A stretch of DNA of 64,000 nt from Pararhodobacter sp. (GTDB lineage Bacteria; Pseudomonadota; Alphaproteobacteria; Rhodobacterales; Rhodobacteraceae), in assembly GCA_046295695.1 (NCBI GenBank), contig JBKBMS010000001.1, positions 208,712 through 272,711 of the forward strand, given 5' to 3'. Shown in pieces: positions 50,340-62,777 of this stretch (its first letter is position 1; each line of letters starts with the position of its first letter). The position numbers and the translations under genes were made by a program. The notes under the pieces were generated by a model. That model ran no database searches. It was not told where the DNA came from and saw nothing but the letters and a program-made list of their open reading frames with translations.

Positions 50340-50447
50340 ATCGTGTTCCTTTCCGGTTTGCGCCTGAGCGGGGCATCAGGGGCATTGCCCCAACCGGTGG
50401 ACCTTTGCGGGATGTCTCCCCGCAGGGCCCGGCCCCGCCTGTGAAGT
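50340..50447 (-). ncRNA. Probable rpsB (S2) autoregulatory leader, t44-like; boundaries approximate
   Basis: Structured 5' UTR with a CTGCGGG/CCCGCA stem and CCGGTT...AACCGG pairing next to the AAAGGA RBS. The position matches known S2 leaders. Confidence 0.6.
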
Positions 50448-50547
50448 GCGCGCGCATTACCGCATCGAACCAGCCGGCGCAAGGGGGCGCGCGCTGAAAG
50501 GGGCGCTCGCCACCGTGCCGGCGCCGCTTCAGCCAAGCGAGGGGCGA

Positions 50548-51258
50548 TCAGGGCAGCGCCGGCCGGGCGATACCCAGGCGCGCCAGCAACGCGTCAAGCG
50601 CCGCACCGCAGCCCGACCAATCGGCGCCGCGCGTCGCAAACAGCGTGGCCTGCGAGCACAGGATCGGCGGTGCGGTCAGGATCTTGAGGTGATTGGCGCG
50701 CAGCGTTTCGCCGGTCGAGGTGATATCGGCCACGGCCTCGGCGGTCAGGTTGCGGATCGTGCCTTCGGTGGCGCCCTGACTGTCAACCAGCTGATAGTCG
50801 GCCACGCCATGGGCGCGCAGGTAGTTGCGCACCAGACGGTGATACTTGGTGGCGATGCGCAGCCGGAATCCATGCTCGGCACGAAAGGCCGCCGCCGCGG
50901 CATCGAGATCATCGAGCGTATCGACATCGACCCAGACCTCGGGCACGGCGAGGATCAGATCGGCATGGCCAAAGCCCATCGGCGCCAGCTCGATCACCAC
51001 GTTTTCCCAGGCGGCAAGCTTCTCGCGCAGCAGATCGGTGCCGGTGACACCCAGATGGATACGCCCGGCGGCCAGTTCGCGCGGAACCTCGCCCGCCGAC
51101 AACAGCACCAGATCCGCCGCCTCCAGCCCTTCGATGGCGCCCGAATATTCGCGCTCGGCACCGGTGCGGCGCATGCTGACACCACGCGCGCCGAACCAGT
51201 CAAAGCACTGCTCCATCAACCGGCCCTTCGAGGGCACACCGATCTTCAGCCGCATCAC
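50548..51258 (-). CDS. hisG: ATP phosphoribosyltransferase, short form
   Basis: KIGVPSKGRL, IATKY, SQGATEG, DITSTGETLRANHL. Confidence 0.95.
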   Translation of the reverse strand: MMRLKIGVPSKGRLMEQCFDWFGARGVSMRRTGAEREYSGAIEGLEAADLVLLSAGEVPRELAAGRIHLGVTGTDLLREKLAAWENVVIELAPMGFGHADLILAVPEVWVDVDTLDDLDAAAAAFRAEHGFRLRIATKYHRLVRNYLRAHGVADYQLVDSQGATEGTIRNLTAEAVADITSTGETLRANHLKILTAPPILCSQATLFATRGADWSGCGAALDALLARLGIARPALP

Positions 51259-52364
51259 GCGCCTCCCCTGAGCGCCGCCACCAGCGCCGGGCGGATCACC
51301 CCCCCCACCGCCGGGATCGACCGCCCCTGCCCCAGCACCGCGGTCAGCGCATCATAGCGCCCGCCCGTGGCCACCGGCGGCAGGTCTGCCCGCGCCTCGG
51401 CATAGAAGCCAAAGACGAAGCCGTCGTAATATTCCAGTGTGGTGCGCCCGTAGCTGGCCTCGAAGTCGAGCGCATCGACATCAATGCCGCGCGCCGCGAG
51501 CGCATCAAGCCGGCGGGCGAAACCGTCAACGCTGGGGCCGATCCACGGCATCACCGCCACATGGTTCAGCAACTGACCCAGCGCCTGCGGTGCCTTGGCG
51601 GCGATCGCCAGAACGGCCTCCAGCTCATCAACCAACACCGCCGGAACCGGCGCGGTAGCGGCGTCTTCAGCCAGCGTCTGCAAGCGGCTGGCAATCTCGC
51701 CGGGGCTGCGCAGCCCGATATGCGGCGCGGCGCTGCGGGGCCTCTCGCCGGCGGCCAGCCGCGCCAGCAGCGCTATGCGCTCCGGCGTCTGCGGCGCGCG
51801 CCCGGCGTAGCGTTCCAGCAGGGCGCGAAAGCGCTTGGGCCGCCACAGATGACGCATCAGCGCCGCCTTGCGCGGGGCCGATGTGGGCAGTCCCTGCACC
51901 GCGGCGCGCAAGATGCCGGTGTCCCCGGTTGCCGCGCGCAGCCCCAGCGGGCCAAGCAGCCGGGCGAAGAGCGCAAAGACCTCGGCATCGGCATCCAGCG
52001 GATTCGTGCGGTCAAAGACCTCGTAGCCGGCTTGCAGATATTCCGACAGCCGCAGCCCGCCGGGGCTCTCCTGCTTGCGAAACACCTCGCCCAGATAGCA
52101 GTAGCGCGCGGGTTCGGCACCTTGCGACATATGCGCCTGCACCACCGGAACGGTGAAATCCGGCCGCAGCATCATCTCGCCTTCCAGCGGGTCGCTGGTG
52201 ACATAGGCGCGCGCCCGGATGTCCTCGCCATAAAGGTCAAGCAAGGTTTCCGCCGGTTGCAGGATCGCCGCCTCGACCGGTTGCGCACCCGCCTGCCGGA
52301 AGGCGGCCAGAAACGCCGCCCCCTCGGCACGCGCACCCGCAGGATCGAAGCGCAACGGGCTCAT
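51255..52364 (-). CDS. hisZ: ATP phosphoribosyltransferase regulatory subunit
   Basis: [34 protein letters not shown]. Lies between hisS and hisG. Confidence 0.92.
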   Translation of the reverse strand: MSPLRFDPAGARAEGAAFLAAFRQAGAQPVEAAILQPAETLLDLYGEDIRARAYVTSDPLEGEMMLRPDFTVPVVQAHMSQGAEPARYCYLGEVFRKQESPGGLRLSEYLQAGYEVFDRTNPLDADAEVFALFARLLGPLGLRAATGDTGILRAAVQGLPTSAPRKAALMRHLWRPKRFRALLERYAGRAPQTPERIALLARLAAGERPRSAAPHIGLRSPGEIASRLQTLAEDAATAPVPAVLVDELEAVLAIAAKAPQALGQLLNHVAVMPWIGPSVDGFARRLDALAARGIDVDALDFEASYGRTTLEYYDGFVFGFYAEARADLPPVATGGRYDALTAVLGQGRSIPAVGGVIRPALVAALRGGA

Positions 52365-53863
52365 GCGCCGCGGTCCAGGATCGCCCGCACCCCGGCAACC
52401 AGATCGCCGCGCGCCACTTCATGCTGGGCGGGATTGGCCTTCCATTCCTCAAGGCTGGCGCTTTGCGCGATCCGGGTGCCCAGCACCAGATCCTTGAGCT
52501 GCACCACACCGCGCGCGGCCTCGTCCTCGCCCTGGATCACGGCCACGGGGGCGCCGCGTTTGTCTGCGTATTTCAACTGGTTGCCGAAGTTCTTGGGGTT
52601 GCCCAGATAGACCTCGGCACGAATGCCGGCGCGGCGCAGCTCGGCGACCATGGTCTGATAATCGGCCATGCGGGCGCGGTCCATCACCGTCACCACCACC
52701 GGCCCCTCGGCCCCCGCCGCGCCCTGCCCCTTCGCGTCCAGCGCCGCCAGCAGCCGGTCCACGCCGATGCTGACGCCGGTTGCCGGCACCGCCTGCCCGG
52801 TGAAGCGCTTGACCAGATCGTCATAGCGCCCGCCTCCGGCGACGCTGCCGAACTGCCGCTTGCGGCCCTTTTCATCGAGAATTTCAAAGGTCAGCTCGGC
52901 CTCATAGACCGGGCCGGTATAGTAGCCCAGGCCGCGCACCACCGACGGGTCGATGACAATGCGGTCCGGCCCATAGCCCTGCGCTTCAAGGAGGGAGGCG
53001 ATTTCTTCAAGTTCATCAACACCTTCCAGGCCGATCTTCGAGTCACCTACAAGGGCGCGCAGAACCGCTGCGGTCGCCACGCCGCTCTCGCGCCGGGCGG
53101 CAATGAAATCCAGCACGATACCGGCCTGCGCCTCCGACAGCCCTGCCCCCTTGGTGAAATCGCCGCTCTCATCCTTGCGACCGGCTCCCAGCAGCGCGCG
53201 CACACCATCCGCGCCCAGCCGGTCCAGCTTGTCGATGGCGCGCAGCACGATGCCACGCTCGGCGGCAAATTTCTCCGGGTCCGCGGGATCGAGCACCCCG
53301 GCGGATTCCATCACCCCGTTCAGCACCTTGCGGTTGTTGATGCGCACAATGTAGTCGCCGCTCAGGCCAAGCTCCTCGAAGACATCGGCCAGCATGGCGC
53401 AGATCTCGGCATCGGCGGCCATCGAGGATGTGCCCACGGTATCGGCATCGCATTGATAGAACTGCCGGAACCGTCCGGGCCCCGGCTTTTCATTGCGCCA
53501 GACCGGGCCCATGGCATAGCGCCGGTAGGGGCTGGGCAGATCGTTGCGATACTGCGCTGCCACGCGCGCCAGCGGGGCGGTCAGATCGTAGCGCAGCGCC
53601 AGCCAGTCGCCGCGCCCCTCGTCATCGACCTCCTGCCAGGCGAAAACTCCCTCGTTGGGGCGGTCGACATCGGGCAGGAACTTTCCCAACGCCTCGACGG
53701 TCTCGATGGCGCTGGTTTCCAGCGGGTCGAAGCCGTAGCGGTGATAGACTTGGGCGATGCGCTCCAGCATGTCGCGGCGCGCAGTCACCTCGGCGCCGAA
53801 ATAATCCCTGAACCCCTTTGGCGTCTCGGCCCGGGGGCGGCGGGGGGCTTTGCTCTTGGCCAT
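52361..53863 (-). CDS. hisS: Histidine--tRNA ligase
   Basis: [51 protein letters not shown]. Confidence 0.97.
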   Translation of the reverse strand: MAKSKAPRRPRAETPKGFRDYFGAEVTARRDMLERIAQVYHRYGFDPLETSAIETVEALGKFLPDVDRPNEGVFAWQEVDDEGRGDWLALRYDLTAPLARVAAQYRNDLPSPYRRYAMGPVWRNEKPGPGRFRQFYQCDADTVGTSSMAADAEICAMLADVFEELGLSGDYIVRINNRKVLNGVMESAGVLDPADPEKFAAERGIVLRAIDKLDRLGADGVRALLGAGRKDESGDFTKGAGLSEAQAGIVLDFIAARRESGVATAAVLRALVGDSKIGLEGVDELEEIASLLEAQGYGPDRIVIDPSVVRGLGYYTGPVYEAELTFEILDEKGRKRQFGSVAGGGRYDDLVKRFTGQAVPATGVSIGVDRLLAALDAKGQGAAGAEGPVVVTVMDRARMADYQTMVAELRRAGIRAEVYLGNPKNFGNQLKYADKRGAPVAVIQGEDEAARGVVQLKDLVLGTRIAQSASLEEWKANPAQHEVARGDLVAGVRAILDRGA

Positions 53864-54031
53864 GGAAGGATCCGCTGGTGAGATGGGTTGAAGATCGTCG
53901 CGCGTGGTCTAGCCCAAGGGCCGGGAATGGGCAAGGCGCGGGACACTGGCGGGCAAAGCGTTAGCGGTTGACCCGCCGGACCGGGGCGCGAGATACTGCC
54001 CTCCCCGCCACATCCTGCCGCGAAAGCTCCG

Positions 54032-54250
54032 ATGCCAGACCCTTCCCCCCCCGAAATCTCGCCGATCGAGGAGCAGCTTGCCCATCTTGCCCGCGCCGTG
54101 GACGATCTGTCGGACATGCTGCGCGAACAGGGCACCGAGATCGCCCGCCTGAAGCGCCAGCTTGGCCAGCTTGTCGAGCGCGAGGCCGAACGCGACGTCG
54201 CCACCGGCGCGACGATCCCCCTGAGCGATCAGAAACCGCCCCACTGGTAG
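54032..54250 (+). CDS. slyX: SlyX-family protein
   Basis: IEEQLAHLARAVDDLSD coiled coil, C-terminal KPPHW. Confidence 0.88.
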   Translation: MPDPSPPEISPIEEQLAHLARAVDDLSDMLREQGTEIARLKRQLGQLVEREAERDVATGATIPLSDQKPPHW

Positions 54251-54264
54251 CGGCTCGCCAATGC

Positions 54265-54292
54265 AAAAGGGGCGGCCCTGGGGCCGCCCCTT
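54265..54292 (-). terminator. groEL terminator (probably bidirectional with slyX)
   Basis: AAAAGGGGCGGCCC-TG-GGGCCGCCCCTT. Confidence 0.88.
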
Positions 54293-54313
54293 CGCATTCC
54301 GGGATGGAACGGC

Positions 54314-56002
<1,689 letters not shown>

Positions 56003-56016
56003 TCAGTGAAAAGCGA

Positions 56017-56304
56017 TCACTCGATGATGCCGAGGATATCGCTTTCCTTCATGATCAGCAGTTCCTCGCCGTCGAGGGTCACTTCGGTGCCCGACCATTT
56101 GCCGAACAGCACGCGATCGCCGGCCTTGACCGACGGTGCGATCAGCTCGCCCGAGTCCTTGCGCGCGCCTTCGCCGACCGATACGATCTCGCCTTCGGCG
56201 GGCTTTTCCTTGGCGGTATCGGGGATGATGAGGCCGCCCTTGGTTTTCTCGTCGCCTTGCACGCGACGAACCAGCACACGGTCATGAAGGGGTTTGAAAG
56301 CCAT
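56017..56304 (-). CDS. groES: Co-chaperonin GroES
   Basis: [33 protein letters not shown]. Confidence 0.98.
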   Translation of the reverse strand: MAFKPLHDRVLVRRVQGDEKTKGGLIIPDTAKEKPAEGEIVSVGEGARKDSGELIAPSVKAGDRVLFGKWSGTEVTLDGEELLIMKESDILGIIE

Positions 56305-56339
56305 CTGAGAACACTCCCTAGGTTCCAGGTTGATTGCTT

Positions 56340-56366
56340 TTAGCACTCACCACCGATGAGTGCTAA
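56340..56366. promoter_or_regulatory. CIRCE element (HrcA operator)
   Basis: Perfect TTAGCACTC-N9-GAGTGCTAA, 36 bp upstream of groES. Confidence 0.97.
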
Positions 56367-56375
56367 CGACGCCGT

Positions 56376-56404
56376 AGATAGGCAGAGGACTCGCGGGTGT
56401 CAAC
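56376..56404 (-). promoter_or_regulatory. Probable RpoH-type groESL promoter
   Basis: Minus strand GTTGAC...CCTATCT resembles the alphaproteobacterial TTG-N17/18-CYTATNT consensus. Confidence 0.65.
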
Positions 56405-56490
56405 ACCCCTCGGCCGAAAAGCTTCGCGCCTTGCAGCGCGCCGTGCTAGCCTCTTGTGAGGCCCGACCGCGCGCCATAAACACCCCCGCC

Positions 56491-57027
56491 ATGAGCACCC
56501 CCCAGAGCACCAGCCCCAGCGCCGAATTCGCCATCGCCTCGCTGCCGCTGGGCCGTGGCACCCTTGGCATCTGCCCCCTGCCCGGCCATATCGGCACGCT
56601 GGCCAACAACCTGGCCTGTATCGGGCTCTTTGCGCCGGGGCTGGTGATCTCGTTGGTGCAGCAGGCCGAGATGGAGCTGCTGGGCGCGGCCGAACTGCCG
56701 CAGGGGCTGTTGCGCGCGGCGATTCCCTGGGCCCATTTCCCCATCGCCGATTTTGGCATTCCAGAGGGCATTGCCGCCGCCCGCTGGCCCGATGTCGCGA
56801 GGCGCGCGCAGGCGGTTCTGGCCCGCGGCGGCAAGGTGCTGGTGCATTGTCGCGCCGGGCGCGGGCGTTCGGGCATGGTTGCGCTGCGGCTGATGGTGGA
56901 GATCGGCGAGAACCCCACAGCAGCACTGGAGCGGCTGCGCCGCGCGCGCCCCGGCGCCGTCGAGACCGAAGCCCAGCACCTCTGGGCACTGGCCGGCCTG
57001 GACCGGCCGCGCGAAAGCGGGGCGTGA
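56491..57027 (+). CDS. Dual-specificity/tyrosine phosphatase-like protein
   Basis: CX5R loop VHCRAGRGRSG, FPIADFGIP, RPGAVET. Confidence 0.88.
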   Translation: MSTPQSTSPSAEFAIASLPLGRGTLGICPLPGHIGTLANNLACIGLFAPGLVISLVQQAEMELLGAAELPQGLLRAAIPWAHFPIADFGIPEGIAAARWPDVARRAQAVLARGGKVLVHCRAGRGRSGMVALRLMVEIGENPTAALERLRRARPGAVETEAQHLWALAGLDRPRESGA

Positions 57028-57103
57028 TTGCCCGCGTGACAGCTTCGTGGCAGGCGTCTATCCTGCGGCTTCGATTTGCCCCTGTTCATTTCCGAGGAAC
57101 GTC

Positions 57104-57739
57104 ATGACACTGCACCGACTGCTTACCTTCGCCGGCCTTTTCCTTGGGGCGGCGGCGATCGGCCTTCAGGCCGGGCTGGTGATCCCGATGCAGATGCAGG
57201 CCGGTGACGGCCTGCTTCGCGCGCTGGTTTTTTACCTGTCGTACTTTACCATCCTCAGCAACCTGGGGTTGGTGGCGCTCTATTATGGCGCGCTGATCGG
57301 CAACCGGGCGCTCTCGGCGCCGGGCGTGCGTGCCATGGTGGCGGCCTATATCTTCGTGGTGATGGCGGTCTACCACCTGATCCTGGCATCGCTCTGGTCG
57401 CCGCAGGGATGGTGGCTGGCGGCCGATCTGGCGCTGCATACGGTGGCTCCGCTGCTCTATCTGCTGTGGTGGATCACCGGGCCGCATCCGCGCCGGCTGC
57501 GTTACGGGCGGGTCTGGCTGATGCTGGTGCTGCCGCTGGCCTATTGCGGCTATGCGCTGATCCGCGGGGCGCTCAGCGGGCGCTACCCCTACCCGTTCCT
57601 CAATGCCGCCGAACTGGGCTATCCGGCGGTGGCGGCCAATATCGCCGGCCTGGCGGCGAGCTTCGCGCTGGTCTGCCTGGCGGCCATTGCCATCAGCCGC
57701 GCGCTGCACCGTCGCGCCCCGCGCAGCGTCCTGGCCTGA
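57104..57739 (+). CDS. Pr6Pr-like integral membrane protein
   Basis: SYFTILSN, VYHLIL, LHTVAP, YPYPFLN motifs in a multi-TM protein. Confidence 0.8.
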   Translation: MTLHRLLTFAGLFLGAAAIGLQAGLVIPMQMQAGDGLLRALVFYLSYFTILSNLGLVALYYGALIGNRALSAPGVRAMVAAYIFVVMAVYHLILASLWSPQGWWLAADLALHTVAPLLYLLWWITGPHPRRLRYGRVWLMLVLPLAYCGYALIRGALSGRYPYPFLNAAELGYPAVAANIAGLAASFALVCLAAIAISRALHRRAPRSVLA

Positions 57740-57840
57740 CGCGCGGCCCTTCGTCGAAATCTGCCGGCCGGGGTGGGTGACAACCCCCGCCCCGCCCCCT
57801 ATAAGGCGCGCGAAACGCATCACCATCACGGACCCGCGCC

Positions 57841-58758
57841 ATGCTCCAGATCTTCGGCCACAAATCCCCCGATACCGATTCCACCGGCTCGCCGCTCATC
57901 TGGGCGTGGTATCTCAACGAGGTGAAGGGCACGCCGGCCCGCGCCGTTCTGCTGGGCACGCCCAACACCGAAGCCGCCTTCGTGCTCAAGCGCTGGGGTT
58001 TCGAAATGCCGGAAATCATCACCGATGTCGCCGAGGGGGCGCCGGTGGTGATCGTCGATACCAATAACCCGGCCGAACTGCCGCCCTCGCTCAACAAGGC
58101 CGATATTCGCGCCATCATCGACCATCACAAGCTTGTCGGCGGGCTGGAAACAAGCCTGCCCATCGACATCACCATTCGCCCGCTGGCCTGCACCGCCACC
58201 ATCATGCACGACCTGATGGGCGTTGATGCCGCGCGCATGCCCGACCGCATCAAATGCCTGATGCTGTCGTGCATCCTGTCCGACACGCTGGAATTCCGCT
58301 CGCCCACCACCACCGATCATGACCGCTCCGTAGCGGTGAAGCTGGCGGCGGAGCTGGGCATTTCCATCCCCGATTACGCCGCCGAGATGTTCGCGGCGAA
58401 ATCCGATGTCTCGGCCTTCTCGGATGCCGAACTGCTGCGCATGGACAGCAAGGAATACACCGCCGCCGGCAAGGCGCTGCGCGTCTCGGTGCTGGAAACC
58501 ACCGCGCCGCAAGTGCTGCTTGAGCGCAAGGCAAGCCTGATGGCGAGCATGGAGGCGGTCGCGCGCGAGGATGGCGCCGATCAGGTGCTGCTCTTCGTCA
58601 TCGACATCCTGCGCGAGGAAGCCACGCTGCTGGTGCCCAATGACCTGGTGAAGGCGATTGCCGAAAAGAGCTTCGGCGCCAGGGTGCAGGGCGATACCGT
58701 GGTGCTGCCCGGCATCATGAGCCGCAAGAAACAGATCATCCCCGCGCTCACGCTGTGA
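57841..58758 (+). CDS. ppaC: Mn-dependent inorganic pyrophosphatase (family II)
   Basis: GHKSPDTDS, IDHHKL, ILSDTL, SRKKQIIP. Confidence 0.96.
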   Translation: MLQIFGHKSPDTDSTGSPLIWAWYLNEVKGTPARAVLLGTPNTEAAFVLKRWGFEMPEIITDVAEGAPVVIVDTNNPAELPPSLNKADIRAIIDHHKLVGGLETSLPIDITIRPLACTATIMHDLMGVDAARMPDRIKCLMLSCILSDTLEFRSPTTTDHDRSVAVKLAAELGISIPDYAAEMFAAKSDVSAFSDAELLRMDSKEYTAAGKALRVSVLETTAPQVLLERKASLMASMEAVAREDGADQVLLFVIDILREEATLLVPNDLVKAIAEKSFGARVQGDTVVLPGIMSRKKQIIPALTL

Positions 58759-58777
58759 CGCCACAACCGGCAGCCCC

Positions 58778-59659
58778 ATGACCCGGATCATCGATTCCCT
58801 CTCCGAGATCGGCGCGCAATATGATGTGCTCTATTGCGATCTCTGGGGCTGCCTGCATGACGGGCTGGCGCTTTACCCGGCAGCGGTGACGGCATTGCAG
58901 GGCTTCCGCCGGCAAGGCGGCGCGGTGGTGCTGATGACCAATGCGCCGCGCACCCATCATGCGGTGGCGCGCCGGCTTGATCGCATGGGCCTGCCGCGCG
59001 ATGCCTTCGATGTCATCGTCTCTTCGGGCGATGCCACGCAGGAGGCCATGCTCAGCGGTGCCGCCGGGCAGCGCGTCTGGCATCTGGGGCCCGAAAAGGA
59101 CGACGACCTGTTCACCGAGATCCCCGCCTGGCTGGCCGATCACGCCCCCGTCGAGCGGGTCGCTTTCGAACAGGCCGAAGGCATCGTCTGCACCGGCCCC
59201 TTCGACGATTACGCCGACCGCCCCGAAGATTACCGCCCCCGCTTTCTGGCTGCCAAGACCCGCGGGTTGCCGATGCTCTGCGCCAATCCGGATCTGCTGG
59301 TCGATGTCGGTGAGACGCGCATCCATTGCGCCGGGGCGCTGGCCGCGCTCTATACCGAAATGGGCGGCACGGTCATGGCGTTTGGCAAGCCGCATCCACC
59401 GATCTACGACATGGCGCGGCGCAGGCTGGCCGAGCATGGCATCAACCATGACAATGACGCCATTCTGGCAGTGGGCGACGGGATCCTGACCGATATAGCC
59501 GGTGCCCAGGGCGAGGGGATTGACGCGCTTTTCGTCACCGGCGGGCTGGAGGCGGCGCGCTTCGGCTCCGACCCTGAACACCCGCAAGCGCCCCTGCTCG
59601 ATGAATGGCTGGCCAGCCAGGACCGAAGCCCGCGCTTCGCGATCGGCCGGCTGCGCTGA
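58778..59659 (+). CDS. HAD-superfamily class IIA hydrolase (TIGR01459-like)
   Basis: CDLWGCLHDG, LMTNAPR, CANPD, GKPHPPIY, VGDGILTDI. Confidence 0.9.
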   Translation: MTRIIDSLSEIGAQYDVLYCDLWGCLHDGLALYPAAVTALQGFRRQGGAVVLMTNAPRTHHAVARRLDRMGLPRDAFDVIVSSGDATQEAMLSGAAGQRVWHLGPEKDDDLFTEIPAWLADHAPVERVAFEQAEGIVCTGPFDDYADRPEDYRPRFLAAKTRGLPMLCANPDLLVDVGETRIHCAGALAALYTEMGGTVMAFGKPHPPIYDMARRRLAEHGINHDNDAILAVGDGILTDIAGAQGEGIDALFVTGGLEAARFGSDPEHPQAPLLDEWLASQDRSPRFAIGRLR

Positions 59660-59804
59660 AATCGCCCACCAGGGGCAGGCAAGAAAATTGCCCGGACACG
59701 CCTGACTTCGGACAAGATGTTGCGCAACAATCTTGCGCACTGGTGCGATCCCAGCTATGCTGCGCCGCAGTATCAAGCTGCCCTGCCCGCTTCAGGAGGC
59801 CGCC

Positions 59805-60293
59805 ATGGCCCCGCGCCCAGATGGAAAGCCCGCCATGCTCGACACCCGCCCCAAGGACAACCTGCCCCGCGGCACGATCTGCATCGAGGATCTGGAAATC
59901 GGCATGTCGCGCTATCTGCGCAAGATCATCACCGACCGCGACATCGCGCTTTTCGCCGAGGTGTCCACCGATCACAACCCGGTGCATCTGGATGACGCCT
60001 ATGCGCAGGACACCATTTTCGAGGGCCGCATCGCGCATGGCATGCTGACGGCCGGGCTGATTTCGGCGGTCATCGGCGAGCAACTGCCCGGCCATGGCAC
60101 GATCTACATGGGCCAGAGCCTGAAGTTCCTGGCCCCCGTGCGCCCCGGCGACAGCGTTCTGGCCGAGGTCACGGTGCGCGAGATCGATCACCACAAGCGC
60201 CGCGTTACCCTTGATTGTCGCTGTTCGGTGGGCGATACCACCGTTCTGAAAGGTGAAGCGCTGGTTCTGGCGCCCAGCCGGAAATTCGACTGA
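59805..60293 (+). CDS. MaoC-family (R)-specific enoyl-CoA hydratase
   Basis: FAEVSTDHNPVHLD, RIAHGML, LPGHG, FLAPVRPGD. AGGAGG RBS. Confidence 0.9.
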   Translation: MAPRPDGKPAMLDTRPKDNLPRGTICIEDLEIGMSRYLRKIITDRDIALFAEVSTDHNPVHLDDAYAQDTIFEGRIAHGMLTAGLISAVIGEQLPGHGTIYMGQSLKFLAPVRPGDSVLAEVTVREIDHHKRRVTLDCRCSVGDTTVLKGEALVLAPSRKFD

Positions 60294-60347
60294 CGCGGCG
60301 GCCTTGGGCTGGCCGCGCACGGCACGCCAGAGAGGCCATACGGGTAG

Positions 60348-61274
60348 ATGCAGCTCATAACCCATTGGAAAGGCATGGAGCCTGCGTTGCGCGGGGCTTC
60401 GGCTGCCTTGGGCAATTTCGACGGCGTTCACCGTGGCCACCAGGCGGTCATCGACCATGCCCGACGCCCCGGCGCACCGCTGGGGCTGATCACCTTCGAG
60501 CCGCATCCGCGCGAATTCTTCGCCCCTGATGCTCCACCCTTCCGGCTGATGAATGCCGAGGCGCGGCGCAACCGGCTGGCACGACTGGGGGTGGAGCGGC
60601 TGTTCGAGCTGCCCTTCGATGCCACGCTGGCCGGGCTATCGCCTGAAGCCTTCGCCAGCGAGGTGCTGGCCGGGGGGCTGGGACTGTCGCATGTCGTGGT
60701 GGGGGCTGATTTCTGCTTTGGCAAGGGACGCAGTGGCACCGCCGGCATGCTGCACGATTTCGGCGCGCAGTTCGGTTTTGACGTGACCGTTGTGCCGCTG
60801 ATCGGCGGCGAGGATGGTGCCATCTCCTCGACCGCCATTCGCAGTGCGCTGAGCGAGGGCCGGGTGCAGGACGCCGCCGCGATGCTTGGCCATCGCCACC
60901 GCATCGACGGTGCGGTGCTGCATGGCGCGAAACGCGGGCGTGAGCTGGGATACCCCACGGCGAACATGTCCATCGACGGACTCCACCCGCCGCGCTTCGG
61001 CGTCTATGCGGTAAAGGTCGATATACTTTCCGGGCCGCACCAGAGCAGCCATGACGGCGTCGCCTCGCTGGGTGTGCGTCCGATGTTTGGTGAAAATCGC
61101 CCCAACTTCGAGGTGCATCTCTTTGATTTCAAGGGAGATCTCTATGGCGAGCACCTCTCGGTCGCGCTGGTGGAATATTTGCGCCCCGAGGTGCGCTTCG
61201 ATGGGCTGGAGGCCCTGATCGCGCAGATGGACGCCGACAGCGCCCAGGCCCGCGCCATTCTGGTTCGGGCGTGA
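60348..61274 (+). CDS. ribF: Bifunctional riboflavin kinase/FAD synthetase
   Basis: GNFDGVHRGH, FEPHP, ISSTAIR, GYPTAN, FEVHLFD, LRPE. Confidence 0.96.
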   Translation: MQLITHWKGMEPALRGASAALGNFDGVHRGHQAVIDHARRPGAPLGLITFEPHPREFFAPDAPPFRLMNAEARRNRLARLGVERLFELPFDATLAGLSPEAFASEVLAGGLGLSHVVVGADFCFGKGRSGTAGMLHDFGAQFGFDVTVVPLIGGEDGAISSTAIRSALSEGRVQDAAAMLGHRHRIDGAVLHGAKRGRELGYPTANMSIDGLHPPRFGVYAVKVDILSGPHQSSHDGVASLGVRPMFGENRPNFEVHLFDFKGDLYGEHLSVALVEYLRPEVRFDGLEALIAQMDADSAQARAILVRA

Positions 61275-61717
61275 TGCGCAAGCGCTTCTGGGAAACCGTG
61301 CCGCTGGCGCAGATGACCCAGCCCGAATGGGAGGCGCTGTGCGATGGTTGCGGCAAATGCTGCCTGAACAAGCTGGAAGATGCCGATACCGGCGAGGTGT
61401 TCTTCACCCGCGTTGCCTGTCGGCTTTTTGACGACACCACCTGCCGTTGCGGCAATTACGCCATCCGCAAGCAACTGGTGCCCGAATGCGTGGTGCTCAA
61501 ACCCGGCAATCTGGCCGAAATCGCCTATTGGATGCCGCGAAGCTGCGCCTATCGTCGCCTGCATGAGGGGCGCGGGCTGGCCGCCTGGCACCCGCTGATC
61601 TCGGGCGATGCGGAATCGGTGCATCGCGCCGGCGTCTCGGTGCGTGGCGCCACCCTGCCCGAATACGAAATTCCCGAAGACGATTGGGAAGATCATATCA
61701 TCGAAGAGGAAACGTGA
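61271..61717 (+). CDS. YcgN/UPF0260 cysteine-cluster protein
   Basis: WEALCDGCGKCCLNK, TRVACRL, WMPRSCAYR, WHPLISG. Confidence 0.93.
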   Translation: MMRKRFWETVPLAQMTQPEWEALCDGCGKCCLNKLEDADTGEVFFTRVACRLFDDTTCRCGNYAIRKQLVPECVVLKPGNLAEIAYWMPRSCAYRRLHEGRGLAAWHPLISGDAESVHRAGVSVRGATLPEYEIPEDDWEDHIIEEET

Positions 61718-62769
61718 TGTTCTTTGCCTCGGACAATTCCTCGGGCGTGCCCGCCGCGGTGCTGGATGCACTGAGCCGCGCCAATGACGGCTTCGCCTCG
61801 GGCTATGGCGCGGAGCCCCTGATGGCGGATCTGCGCGCCCGGCTGTGCGCACTGTTCGAGGCCCCCGAGGCCGCGGTCTATCTGGTGGCCACCGGCACCG
61901 CAGCCAATGCACTGGCCATCGCCAGCCACTGCCCGCCCTGGGGCGCGGTCTATTGTCATCGGCTGGCCCATATCGAAGAGGACGAATGCGGCGCGCCGGA
62001 ATTCTACACCGGCGGCTCGAAGCTGGTGCCGATCGATGGAAAGCATGGCAAGATCACACCGCAAGATCTTGAAAAAAAGCTTGAAAGTGCAGCCCGTGTC
62101 GGCGTTCACAATGTCCAGAAAGGCATGCTGAGCCTGACCAATCTGACCGAATGCGGCACGCGCTACTCTGTGAGCGAAATCAAGGCATTGTGCGACGTTG
62201 CCAAAGCCCATGGCCTGCCCGTGCACCTGGACGGCGCGCGTTTTGCCAATGCGCTGGTTGCCGAGGGTTGCACCCCGGCCGAGATAACCTGGCGCGCCGG
62301 CGTCGATGTGCTTTCCTTCGGGGGCACCAAGAACGGGTTGATGGGCGTTGAGGCGGTGGTGATCTTCGATCCGGCGAAAGCCTGGGAATTCGAGCTGCGG
62401 CGCAAGCGGGGCGGGCATCTGTTTTCCAAGCATCGCTTCCTCTCGGCGCAGATGCACGCCTATCTGCAAGACGATCTTTGGCTGGATCTGGCGCACCACG
62501 CCAACGCGATGGCCGAGCGGCTGGAAGGCCCCCTTCGTGCGCTGCCGGGCGTGGAGCTTGTGCATCCGCGCGGCGGCAACATGCTGTTCGTCGATCTGCC
62601 GCAAGATGCGCATGATGCCGCGCGGGCTGCCGGTGCGGTCTATTACAGCGGGCCAGCCGCGCCGCAAAGGGATGGCGCCGCACCGCGTGTCGGCGCGCGG
62701 CTGGTGACTTCGTGGTCCACCACCGAAGCGCAGGTTGATGCGTTTCTTGCCGCGCTGGCGCGGGGCTGA
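61717..62769 (+). CDS. ltaE: Low-specificity L-threonine aldolase
   Basis: MFFASDN, GTAANAL, HLDGARFANA, LSFGGTKNG, RKRGGHLFSKHR. Confidence 0.9.
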   Translation: MFFASDNSSGVPAAVLDALSRANDGFASGYGAEPLMADLRARLCALFEAPEAAVYLVATGTAANALAIASHCPPWGAVYCHRLAHIEEDECGAPEFYTGGSKLVPIDGKHGKITPQDLEKKLESAARVGVHNVQKGMLSLTNLTECGTRYSVSEIKALCDVAKAHGLPVHLDGARFANALVAEGCTPAEITWRAGVDVLSFGGTKNGLMGVEAVVIFDPAKAWEFELRRKRGGHLFSKHRFLSAQMHAYLQDDLWLDLAHHANAMAERLEGPLRALPGVELVHPRGGNMLFVDLPQDAHDAARAAGAVYYSGPAAPQRDGAAPRVGARLVTSWSTTEAQVDAFLAALARG

Positions 62770-62777
62770 ATCGGCGC

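Noticed and set aside
50548-53863. Two HisRS-like genes side by side
   Set aside because: Ordinary hisS plus hisZ (regulatory subunit of short-form HisG), a known arrangement.
57841-62769. ppaC-HAD-MaoC-ribF-ycgN-ltaE run as a possible novel pathway
   Set aside because: A common housekeeping cluster in alphaproteobacteria with no unusual features seen.
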